Positions 28,149-36,791 of a DNA stretch of 39,651 nucleotides are shown piece after piece. Where the stretch lies: positions 1 through 39,651 of the forward strand of contig JBMNFY010000009.1 of the NCBI GenBank assembly GCA_050949565.1, given 5' to 3'. The notes under the pieces were generated by a model. That model had not been told where the DNA came from and did not search any database. It saw only the letters and a program-made list of their open reading frames with translations. Source of the stretch: Kiritimatiellia bacterium. Its GTDB lineage: Bacteria; Verrucomicrobiota; Kiritimatiellia; RFP12; UBA1067. Both the position numbers and the translations under genes were made by a program. Numbering within the stretch: the stretch's first letter is position 1; each line of letters starts with the position of its first letter.

Positions 28149-29189
28149 ATGGCCCGAGGCACAGCAGATCGCGGTGTAAACACCGCGCACAGAACCCGCA
28201 CCGCGCACGGGGCTGAGGGCGGTCCTGTGCGCCCCGTTCACAGGGCGTTTCAGCACAGCATGCTCCGCCGCTGTTTCAACCACGACTACCGCGATCCCTT
28301 CTTCTACATGATCACGATCACCACGCACCAGCGGCGGCCGTGGTTCGGCGTCTGCGAGAACAACGCCTGCACCCTCAGCGCCGACGGCTTGCTGGTGCGG
28401 GACCTCTGGTACCGCATCCCGCACGACACCCCCCAGATCGAGCTCTCTACGCTTTGCCTGATGCCCGACCATCTGCACGGCATCGTACACGTCACTGAGC
28501 ACATGGAGAAACCCGTCGGCGTCCCCTTGCGCGCCTTCAAGTCCCAATGCACCAGTGCCCTGCGCAAACGACACGGCGACGCCGCCCTCACGCTCTGGAA
28601 CCCCGGCTACAACGACCGCGTCGTCTGGCGTCGCGGTTCGCTACGCGCCTACAGACACTACATCTTGGACAACCCGCGCCGCTACTGCCTCAAGAAGGCG
28701 CACCCGGATTTGTTCCGCACCGTGACCGGTCTGCAACACGCCGCGTTGCCGCCCGATCAGCGTTGGGACGGCTACGGCAACCTCTTTCTCTTAGACCGCC
28801 CCGAGAAACTGGCGATCCGCGTCTCCCGCAAGGCCAGCGCAGACGAGATCGCGGCCTTGCGCGAGCAGACGCTGACGGAAGCCGCGCAAGGCACCGTCAT
28901 CGTCTCGCCCTTCATCTCGCCCGGCGAACGCGAGATCGCCACCGCCATTCTTGACGCACCCGTCGGGGACGTCATCCTACTGAAGCCCGACGGCTTCCCG
29001 CCGCTTTTCAAACCGAACGGGCGCTATTTCGACCTGTGCGTCCAAGGCCGTCTTCTCATCCTGTCCCGTTCTGTGGCCACCGTTCACGGTGGCGCGACGC
29101 CCCTCACCCGCGAGACCTGCCTCGCGCTAAACGCCGCCAGCGCACATATTGCAGAAGCAGACACTATGGAAGTAATAGGTAATAGGTAA
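28149..29189 (+). mobile_element. RAYT/Y1 HUH transposase-like gene with C-terminal DprA/SMF-like extension
   Basis: DY..P..YMITITT, HUH motif MPDHLH, WNPGYNDRV, catalytic YILDNP; start 28149 or 28260; palindrome cgcggtgt-aa-acaccgcg at 28170-28187 and a REP doublet downstream. Confidence 0.8.
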
Positions 29190-29357
29190 GAGGTAAGAAG
29201 TGGCATGGGCGTCCCGCCCATGAAACACGGGCAAGATGCCCGTGCCACATCTGAACGTCGAACGCCCAACACCCAACGCCCAACGCCGAAGTAGAAACAC
29301 TCCTGCTCAAAAAGCGGCTCGTGGGGACACTCGCCCTCCAAGCTTCGCGTCTTCGCG
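29172..29357. repeat. Composite: heptamers (29172-29200), REP doublet (29200-29248), heptamers (29253-29292), repeat D copy 2 (29302-29357)
   Basis: gtaatag/gtaagag array; catgggcg-tcc-cgcccatg + cacgggca-aga-tgcccgtg; caacgcc array. Confidence 0.8.
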
Positions 29358-29414
29358 TGAAAAAGCCGAGCAGTGCTTTTACACTCGTCATTGCGACCAC
29401 TGGGTGGTCGCAAT

Positions 29415-29444
29415 AAAAAAAGCCACGCGGACATCCGCATGGCT
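29415..29444 (-). terminator. Intrinsic terminator after rpsG
   Basis: AGCCATGCGGA-TG-TCCGCGTGGC-TTTTTTT; followed by a perfect 11-bp IR at 29390-29414. Confidence 0.8.
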
Positions 29445-29469
29445 CTTCAAAAAATCTCACGTGCAGCGC

Positions 29470-29940
29470 TTACCACGCGTAGTGCGCGAAGGCCTTGTTG
29501 GCCTGCGCCATCCTGTGCGTGTCGTCGCGCTTCTTGATCACGTTGCCTTGGTTGTTGTACGCTTCGATCAACTCCGCCGCCACCGCTTTGGGCATCGGGG
29601 TGCCGCGGCGCGCGCTGGCGTACGACGTCATCCAGCGCAGGGCCAGCGAAAGCTGACGCCCCGGACGGATCTCGACCGGCACCGGGTAGGTCGTGCCGCC
29701 CACGCGACGGGATTTGACCTCCACTTTCGGCTTCATGTTCGCAATCGCGGTGTCCATCACCTCGATCGGATCCTGGCCGGTCTTCTCCTTCAGCTCTTCC
29801 AGCGCGCCGTACACAATACGCTCGGCGGTCGTCTTCTTGCCGCTCTTCATGAGCGCACGGATCACGCGGGCCACCAGCTCGCTGTTGTATTTCGGATCAA
29901 CGGGCTGCACCCGTTTCACTGCTCTGCGCCGTCTTGCCAT
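29470..29940 (-). CDS. rpsG: 30S ribosomal protein S7
   Basis: GKKTTAERIVY, EVKSRRVGG, HRMAQANKAFAHY. Confidence 0.98.
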   Translation of the reverse strand: MARRRRAVKRVQPVDPKYNSELVARVIRALMKSGKKTTAERIVYGALEELKEKTGQDPIEVMDTAIANMKPKVEVKSRRVGGTTYPVPVEIRPGRQLSLALRWMTSYASARRGTPMPKAVAAELIEAYNNQGNVIKKRDDTHRMAQANKAFAHYAW

Positions 29941-29943
29941 GGC

Positions 29944-30327
29944 TTAGCTCTCCGACTTCTTCTGACGCTTCATGCCGTACTTAGAACGGCTGCGGTTGCG
30001 CCCGGACACGCCCAGGCTGTCCAGACAACCGCGAACGATGTGATAACGGACACCGGGAAGGTCCTTCACACGACCGCCGCGCACCAGCACCACGCTGTGC
30101 TCCTGCAGGTTGTGCCCCTCGCCCGGAATGTAGGCCGTCACTTCATGACCCGTCGTCAAACGGACACGGGCCACCTTGCGCAACGCCGAGTTCGGCTTCT
30201 TCGGTGTCTGCGTCTTCACGACGAGGCAGACACCACGGCGCTGCGGACACCCCTTCAGCGCGGGTGACTTGCTCTTCTTGCGCATCGGCACGCGGCCCTT
30301 GCGCACTAGTTGATTAATCGTCGGCAT
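29944..30327 (-). CDS. rpsL: 30S ribosomal protein S12
   Basis: [31 protein letters not shown]. Confidence 0.98.
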   Translation of the reverse strand: MPTINQLVRKGRVPMRKKSKSPALKGCPQRRGVCLVVKTQTPKKPNSALRKVARVRLTTGHEVTAYIPGEGHNLQEHSVVLVRGGRVKDLPGVRYHIVRGCLDSLGVSGRNRSRSKYGMKRQKKSES

Positions 30328-30369
30328 TGAATGCTTTTCCTTCTCGATTGGAAATAAATGGAGGGACAG

Positions 30370-30397
30370 ATTATCACAGTGCCGCGTCTCACGTCAA
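30370..30397 (-). promoter_or_regulatory. Putative rpsL promoter
   Basis: TTGACG-16-GATAAT with TGn extension. Confidence 0.6.
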
Positions 30398-30414
30398 CCG
30401 GGATTTTTGCAAAA

Positions 30415-31296
30415 TCAACCGCCGCGCTCGTCGAGAATCTGCTGGAGGCGTTCGACGGGCACCTCGTAACCCTTGCCGCACATGTGGCAGAAGATCCGCG
30501 CCGGGCGGTCTTCGCGCACCAACTCTTCGAGATCGGCGGACGGCATGGCGATCAGCATGGCGTCGACCCGCTCGGCCGTGCAGCGGCACGCGAACCGCAA
30601 CGGCTTGGCAGGCTGGAACACGCAATCGTCAAGCCCCAGCGTCGAACAAAGCGTCTGCGGCGAGGCTGCGGCCTCTAGGCTCTCTTGTACTGTGCCGTCC
30701 TCAAAATACCGCGCGATGCGTTCGAATACCTCGCGGTCGCTGTCGGGCAAACACTCCACGAGCAGACCACGCGAGCCGTCAATGAACCCACCATAAGCCA
30801 GTGCGGAGACCTGCACCAGCACCCGGCGTTGCAGCGAGTGCTGGTAGTACTGCTCCAACCCTTTGATGACCGAGGCGGGCGACACGGCAGCCATGCCGCT
30901 GGCCAGGATTTTACCGGGTAGCGAACGGATGATCTGAATCTCGCCTTGGTCGCCCAGCGCACATGAGAGATCCAACTCTTCGCATTCATCCAGTTCGTTC
31001 ATCACTTTGACATGCGTGTAACCGCGCAGACTGCCGTCGGCACCGGCCTCCACCAACAGACCGCCCACGGGCCCCGATACGCGCATGCGCAGGGTGACCG
31101 TCTCTTCGGGCTGTGACAACTCGGCACCGAGCAACGCCACCGCAGCCAGGGCTTCGGCCTGGATCAGGCCCGCCGTCGGCCCGCACAGATGACTACGCTC
31201 CAACTCGCGCGCGGAGTCGGTCACTTCAGCGAAGACGAGGTTGATATTCGCAGAGGGGGAGAACGCCGCCACCAGACTGTCGGCGGTTTTAGACAT
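30415..31296 (-). CDS. hslO: Hsp33 redox-regulated chaperone
   Basis: C-terminal CRC...CHMC zinc motif, G.LRGY, ~293 aa from ATG 31296. Confidence 0.9.
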   Translation of the reverse strand: MSKTADSLVAAFSPSANINLVFAEVTDSARELERSHLCGPTAGLIQAEALAAVALLGAELSQPEETVTLRMRVSGPVGGLLVEAGADGSLRGYTHVKVMNELDECEELDLSCALGDQGEIQIIRSLPGKILASGMAAVSPASVIKGLEQYYQHSLQRRVLVQVSALAYGGFIDGSRGLLVECLPDSDREVFERIARYFEDGTVQESLEAAASPQTLCSTLGLDDCVFQPAKPLRFACRCTAERVDAMLIAMPSADLEELVREDRPARIFCHMCGKGYEVPVERLQQILDERGG

Positions 31297-33457
31297 GATC
31301 ATAACCGTTGTCTCCCATCTCATCCTCTGACGTTTTCGACACCTGCTGTACATGTTGCATGAAGTGCGTCCGAAGACTTTCGATACGGCGCAACTGACGT
31401 TCCAGCGACCAGAGCGCGAACCGCCACCTCTTGGCAAAGCCGTAGTGCTTGGGCAGGCCTGGATCGAAATCGTCGAACTGCTCACGCCGCACTGAGTAGT
31501 TCCAGTGCATTTCGCGTGTCTTGAACTCGAACCCGTCGAAAAAGTGCTCCGCCAAGGTGGCGAGCGGCACAGCCTCGCGGTGATTGAGCCAAAAACGATA
31601 GAGCACCTGCGCATAGCAACCGAAGTAAAAATCGAACAGCTCGTTGAGGTTTTCTTCGGTGTGAGCATTGTTGGGCCAGCCGCAGGAGCCGCGGACCGAG
31701 CAGATCTTCACCCCCTTCGGCATTTCGCGCCTGACGGCGATATCATATCCGAAATCAAAAATCTCCTTTCCTTCCCCAAACCGGCATCCCCCGGTTTCGG
31801 GCAGGTATTTTTTGAGCACCAGATTCTGCGCCGCGGCGTCTCCCAGCAGCGCTCCGATCTTCAGCACCACCCTGGGATCCTTGCCGCCCTGATTACCGCC
31901 GAACTCACCCGTGCACTGAAACAGCCGCGGCGGGATATCCTCCAGCGGCTCGCCGGGGCTGCGGCTACGGATGAAATAGTTCATCTCACGCCCAGCGGTG
32001 CTGTCAAGCCACGACAGCAAACGGTATTCGCCGAAACCCACGCCCAACGCCTTGAAGGCTTCAACGCGCGCCAGCATGTAGCTGCCGTAGCCCGGTGTTT
32101 TCTGCGCCAGTCGTTTTTCGATCAAGCTCATGCAGAGCGGACGGCGATTGGTCTTGACGACGATTTCGCGCGTCGCGCCCGCGCCTACGGCCAAGTTGTT
32201 CGTGGCATCGCTTGCGGAGCGCACCTCGTAGATGTTGGCGTACTCGATGATCTCGCCCTGGCTCATGATCTGCTGGACGTTGGCCAACAGAACCCGCGTA
32301 CGCTCGTCGGCACCTGGATGGAAGTCCGGCCGGCCACCCCGGAAGGTTGCGCCCGGCAACGCCGTGCGGCGGTCGTCGAACGCCGGTGCAATGGCCGCGC
32401 CCGATCCGTAGTAGATCTCGCCCGTGAGGTGACTGTAAAGCGTCTCGACGAAATATTCGCTGGACTCGTCGGCCAGTTCAGGCCGCTCCAGCGAAGCTTT
32501 GAACCGCGCATCGACCGTCCGCATCCACTCGGCCACCTGCCGGGCGTCCAGTCGCTCCTGCTCGATGCCCTCCATGATCTGCTCCAGCTCGGGCACGATC
32601 GTCTTGCACGCCTCGCCGCGACGCAGACCGAACAGCTCAATCTCGTTGTGGCCATGATATTTCGGCGAGCGCATGCAGGAACGTACGTCGCCCTCAAAGA
32701 TCGAGACCAGTTCGCGCAGGCACTCTATGAACTCGGCGTAGTTTGTCTCGATCAACGCCAGCAACGTATTGAAATCGGTGTACGTCAAAAAGTGTACACC
32801 CTTGGCGCTGTGATAGTAACGCAGGCGGGTGTCGATGCGTGTGCGGCTCGCGGCCAGGGCTGCGTCCATTTCGCGCCGCGTCCAGGCCAACGGCTTGACA
32901 CGCCACTCCTGCCCCTGCTGCCGATAATATTCAAGGGCGGCGTCGTTGCGCTCGCCCATGATCACGTCGTTAAGCGCAAACCCGACGCTCTGCAACCACT
33001 CGTCGGCCTCGGTGACCACGTCGGTCGGCACGTCACGTTGCGAGACTTCGATCGTGCCGTCCACCACGTTCGCGCAAACGATGGCATCCTGCAACGTCTT
33101 GCTCCGCCGCGAGGTCGGCACACGGCCAAGGTTCCAGAATTGACCTGAGAGCAATGGAATGGCCGCGACCGTGTGGTTGCCGGTAGTCAGCGTCATGACG
33201 TAGCCGACGGTCCCCTTGATCAGATCCTGCTTGCGCACGATCAGCACCGGACTGTGATTTTCCAGATGCTTCCAGACATCTTTCTCAAAGATGAACGTGT
33301 CACTGCCCCAGTCATAGGCGATGAAGACACGCTCGTGGCCCATCGACTTCAGAACCACGGTCTCCCGCCTCAAACGCGCCTCACGCCGCACACGCGCAAC
33401 AAACGCACTCACGCCAGGCCTACGACGGCTCACGCTAGGTTTACGAACGGCACCCAC
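31289..33457 (-). CDS. Hypothetical protein (722 aa)
   Basis: Long ORF, GGAGG RBS before GTG, overlaps hslO start and lies 9 nt from the upstream stop. Confidence 0.85.
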   Translation of the reverse strand: MGAVRKPSVSRRRPGVSAFVARVRREARLRRETVVLKSMGHERVFIAYDWGSDTFIFEKDVWKHLENHSPVLIVRKQDLIKGTVGYVMTLTTGNHTVAAIPLLSGQFWNLGRVPTSRRSKTLQDAIVCANVVDGTIEVSQRDVPTDVVTEADEWLQSVGFALNDVIMGERNDAALEYYRQQGQEWRVKPLAWTRREMDAALAASRTRIDTRLRYYHSAKGVHFLTYTDFNTLLALIETNYAEFIECLRELVSIFEGDVRSCMRSPKYHGHNEIELFGLRRGEACKTIVPELEQIMEGIEQERLDARQVAEWMRTVDARFKASLERPELADESSEYFVETLYSHLTGEIYYGSGAAIAPAFDDRRTALPGATFRGGRPDFHPGADERTRVLLANVQQIMSQGEIIEYANIYEVRSASDATNNLAVGAGATREIVVKTNRRPLCMSLIEKRLAQKTPGYGSYMLARVEAFKALGVGFGEYRLLSWLDSTAGREMNYFIRSRSPGEPLEDIPPRLFQCTGEFGGNQGGKDPRVVLKIGALLGDAAAQNLVLKKYLPETGGCRFGEGKEIFDFGYDIAVRREMPKGVKICSVRGSCGWPNNAHTEENLNELFDFYFGCYAQVLYRFWLNHREAVPLATLAEHFFDGFEFKTREMHWNYSVRREQFDDFDPGLPKHYGFAKRWRFALWSLERQLRRIESLRTHFMQHVQQVSKTSEDEMGDNGYDHV

Positions 33458-33466
33458 TCATGCCTC

Positions 33467-35374
33467 CTACAGCAGAATCAACGTTTCTTTCGCAATCAAC
33501 TCCTCGGCAAGCCCGCCCACAGCATCCAGCCCGCAGATATCGGCCACCTCAAGCAGGTTCTGCAACGCCGGCAGGATGTACCGCATGAAGCCCGCCTGTC
33601 CCACGGAGGCCAGCCGCCCGAACGCACCCAACGCCTGAACCAGCCGTTGCACGGCACCGATGTGGAGCAGCGCCACACCGTCGTGCAGGCCGGGCGCGCA
33701 TATTTCATAGGCTCGCGCCAAACGCACTCTCAATTCAGGAGTAAGTGTAACATAAGGATCATACAAAAGAGAAGCCAGATCATAGGCGGCCGCTCCCATC
33801 CGCAATCCTTGGAAGTCGATGAACGCCATACGCCTGCCGCGAAACAGGATGTTGCTGGACTGGAAGTCGCGGTGCAGCGCCACCTGCGGCGCATCCAGCA
33901 GGCGCGCCGCGACTTGCCGCAGCTCGCGCGCCACGTCGCTCGGCAACGCTGCCAACCCGTAGCGCTCTTTGAGCAGATGTGTTTCAAACAAGCCGTGTTC
34001 CCATCCGTAGAGCGCGGCGTCAAACGGCGGCTCCAGTATCGTGTCCGACTCGGCCGCGACGCGGCGCGTGCCCTCTACATGAAGACGCGCCAACGCCTCC
34101 ATCACCGGCAGATACCACGTTTCGGCCCGCTCTGGACGCGCCGCCATGCGCTTCTGGAGCGAGTCATCGCCCCAGTCCTCCATCACCAGACAGCACCGCT
34201 GCGCCAACTCCGCCAACACCTGCGGCACCGGCACGCCGGCCTCCGCCAGCAGACGCGCGTGCCCGGCATAGTGCGCGTTCTCGCTCCGCTCAAGGCTGTA
34301 GCGGATATAGATCGCTCGGTCGGCACCGTGATATAGACGCCAAAAACTGCGGTTCGATCCGCGCGTCCCGAGAAACGCAGCGGCGGTCTCGCGCGGCGAC
34401 CACCCCAGTTCATCCAGCGCCTCCGGCAACGCATCATCACCCGCCTTGTCGGCCGCCACACACACGACGTCGTCAAGCCGTCCACCGACACACCCGCCGC
34501 CGATCACGCACCTCTTGAGGACGCTACCCGGCAACACGCGCGTCTCACCAAACACCACGCTGCGGCTTCCCCGCACATCTTCGGCCACCTCGGCACCTTC
34601 GCTCACCCACAGCCCCAGCTCCAGCCCGCCGTCCACCAACTGCTGATCCCGCTCCTCGGGCGGCATCCCTTTGGCCGCCGCCCCCCGGTCGTGCAACCGC
34701 AGGTAAGCATCGATCGTACCGGCGTCATCCCAGAAACTCCCCTTGGCCACCGCGCCCTGCACGCAGACGCCGCACATCAAGGCGTTCTCGTAAGCCTCCA
34801 CCAACGTGCAGAACGGACGATCCGGCAGAAACTCGAAAATGCGCGGCGAAACCAGTTGCAGGCCGCAGAAGGTAAAGGTGCCGGGCACACCGGGCGTCGG
34901 ACTCCGGTAGCAGGTGATGCGCCCGCGCCGATCGGCCTCGACCGTGCGCGGCCCCTTCTTCGGTTCCAGCCACGCCGCCGCCAAACCGTGGCCCGCCGCG
35001 AACGCTTGCAACAGCGGCTCGACCGCCACACGGGCGGCGATATCGGCGTTGACCACCCAGAAGGGCTCCGCGCCGAGAAAGGAGCGGAGCGGACGCAGCG
35101 CGCCCGCCGTTCCCAGAATCTCCGGCTCGTACGACGTGCGAATCTCGGCGCGGCTATCGCGGCGATCAAGAAAGGCCTGAATCTCTTCGGGCAGGCTGTG
35201 CAGGTTCACCGCGATGCGCTCCACTCCCCACTCCTCCAGCAGGCGCAGGATACGCTCTAGCAGCGGCACATTCCAAAGCGGCATCAGCGGCTTTGGCCGG
35301 GCGAGCGTCAGCGGACGCAGGCGCGTGCCGAGACCGGCCGCCAGAACGACAGCTTGTTTAGGACGCGGGATCAT
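33467..35374 (-). CDS. Fused sugar-phosphate nucleotidyltransferase (MurU-like) + APH-fold anomeric sugar kinase (AmgK-like)
   Basis: N-terminal LAAGLGTRLRPLT..PKPL, VVNAD, WDDAGT; C-terminal GS.R.FWR, EDWGD, LHRDFQSSNI, FIDFQG, YDLASLLYDPY, VQRLVQALGAFG.L. Confidence 0.85.
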   Translation of the reverse strand: MIPRPKQAVVLAAGLGTRLRPLTLARPKPLMPLWNVPLLERILRLLEEWGVERIAVNLHSLPEEIQAFLDRRDSRAEIRTSYEPEILGTAGALRPLRSFLGAEPFWVVNADIAARVAVEPLLQAFAAGHGLAAAWLEPKKGPRTVEADRRGRITCYRSPTPGVPGTFTFCGLQLVSPRIFEFLPDRPFCTLVEAYENALMCGVCVQGAVAKGSFWDDAGTIDAYLRLHDRGAAAKGMPPEERDQQLVDGGLELGLWVSEGAEVAEDVRGSRSVVFGETRVLPGSVLKRCVIGGGCVGGRLDDVVCVAADKAGDDALPEALDELGWSPRETAAAFLGTRGSNRSFWRLYHGADRAIYIRYSLERSENAHYAGHARLLAEAGVPVPQVLAELAQRCCLVMEDWGDDSLQKRMAARPERAETWYLPVMEALARLHVEGTRRVAAESDTILEPPFDAALYGWEHGLFETHLLKERYGLAALPSDVARELRQVAARLLDAPQVALHRDFQSSNILFRGRRMAFIDFQGLRMGAAAYDLASLLYDPYVTLTPELRVRLARAYEICAPGLHDGVALLHIGAVQRLVQALGAFGRLASVGQAGFMRYILPALQNLLEVADICGLDAVGGLAEELIAKETLILL

Positions 35375-35757
35375 GCGGGGCCACCGCCTCTCTGGCGCGT
35401 CACGGTGACAGCCGCCGCACGCAACCCCGGCACCGCGCCCTGCTTTTCGACGCGCACGCGCACCGACCGCACACGCGGATCATCAAGACAGACACGCGCC
35501 ACGCACTCGGCCGCGCGCTCGATCATCTGGCAACGCGCCGCGCGCAATTCCGCGCGGATCGCTGCGGCCAGCGCCGCATAATCCACCGTGTCGCGCAAAG
35601 CGTCGCTCGCGCCCGCTGCGGTCAGGTCACACGTCAACGACACATCAACCAGCAACCGCTGCTCACGGCCGCGCTCTTCGGGCAGGTCGCCAATGATGCA
35701 GGCGACTTCCAGCCCGAGCAACTCCAATCTGTCCGTGTCATGCATCGTGCAATCCAT
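35371..35757 (-). CDS. folB: Dihydroneopterin aldolase
   Basis: IIG..PEER..EQRL.VDV, SDAL.DTVDY, IER.AE, VRVEK. Confidence 0.92.
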   Translation of the reverse strand: MDCTMHDTDRLELLGLEVACIIGDLPEERGREQRLLVDVSLTCDLTAAGASDALRDTVDYAALAAAIRAELRAARCQMIERAAECVARVCLDDPRVRSVRVRVEKQGAVPGLRAAAVTVTRQRGGGPA

Positions 35758-36575
35758 CAAAACGGCCGACCGTACGCATTCCCCCGCTGACGCTGCATCT
35801 TGATTTTGGGCTGCTCAAGATGCAGGGCGTACCACTCGTCCCCCAGGCCGGCGTTGGAAAATTGGCCGATGCGGTTGTTCGCAAGATGTTCGCGATTACG
35901 CTTGAGCGTCTCGTTCTCCATCTTCTCACCCGCTTCGATCAACACTTTATGCGCCCCGTCGATATCCTGATTCTGCACCAGAATCCACGCATACAGGGCA
36001 TAGAGCAACGCGCCTTGACCATAGCGCAACCGGCGCGTCTGCTTCTTAAAGAAGGCCGCCATGCCCTCCTTCTGCTCCAGCATGTGCATGCGCGCCAGCT
36101 TGATCGCCGCCATCATGGGATCCATCACCAGCACCTTGGGCATCAGCTCATCGACTTTCTTGAAATCTTTCAGCATCCAATAGAGCTGCAACCGCAGCGT
36201 GGCAAGCTGGCGCCCCATCAACGGCGCCCAACGGTTAAAGCGCTCCAACTCCTGCGACGCCTCCAGCGCCCGCTCGACGACAACCCGCTGTTCGCGCTCC
36301 ATCTCGATCTGGGCCTGCTTGAGACTGCCCGGCGGACGCATCTGCCACTGATTAACCTTCGCCTGCAAGCGCTTCTGTCCATCCATCAAAATCTTCTGCA
36401 CGCCATCCATGGCAGCTTTGATGCGTCGCTGGATCAGGAATCCCGTAGCCACCTGCGCCACTGCGAAGGCCGCCACGCCCCAAAAAACCGCCCATCCCCA
36501 TCTGGCACCGCCGCTCATTCCCAAAGCCAGCAGCATCAACACCCCGAATCCGGCATTCAACATCACCGTCAGCAT
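35757..36575 (-). CDS. Hypothetical membrane protein (two N-terminal TM helices, TPR-like helical domain)
   Basis: GGGAGA RBS, hydrophobic N-terminus, TGATG coupling to folB. Confidence 0.8.
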   Translation of the reverse strand: MLTVMLNAGFGVLMLLALGMSGGARWGWAVFWGVAAFAVAQVATGFLIQRRIKAAMDGVQKILMDGQKRLQAKVNQWQMRPPGSLKQAQIEMEREQRVVVERALEASQELERFNRWAPLMGRQLATLRLQLYWMLKDFKKVDELMPKVLVMDPMMAAIKLARMHMLEQKEGMAAFFKKQTRRLRYGQGALLYALYAWILVQNQDIDGAHKVLIEAGEKMENETLKRNREHLANNRIGQFSNAGLGDEWYALHLEQPKIKMQRQRGNAYGRPF

Positions 36576-36791
36576 GCAGCACTCTCCCAAACAAAGCACT
36601 CAAACACAAAAAAGAAAAGGAAAGGCCAGTGTACTTTGAACGGCCTCATGCGGCAACAGAAAACGGTTTTTGAAAATCGGGAAATGCGCCGTGTTTACTC
36701 TTGCATCGCCCCCGTCTTTTCTGCATCACACGTCCGTGACTGTGTTTCGGGGCATGTTTGTTTCACATTCAATCCGGTCAAAAAAACAGTC

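Noticed and set aside
35820-36791. 881-aa version of the LRR ORF, and the analogous 417-aa version of hslO
   Set aside because: The upstream extensions overlap genuine genes on the opposite strand or in another frame; the real starts are downstream
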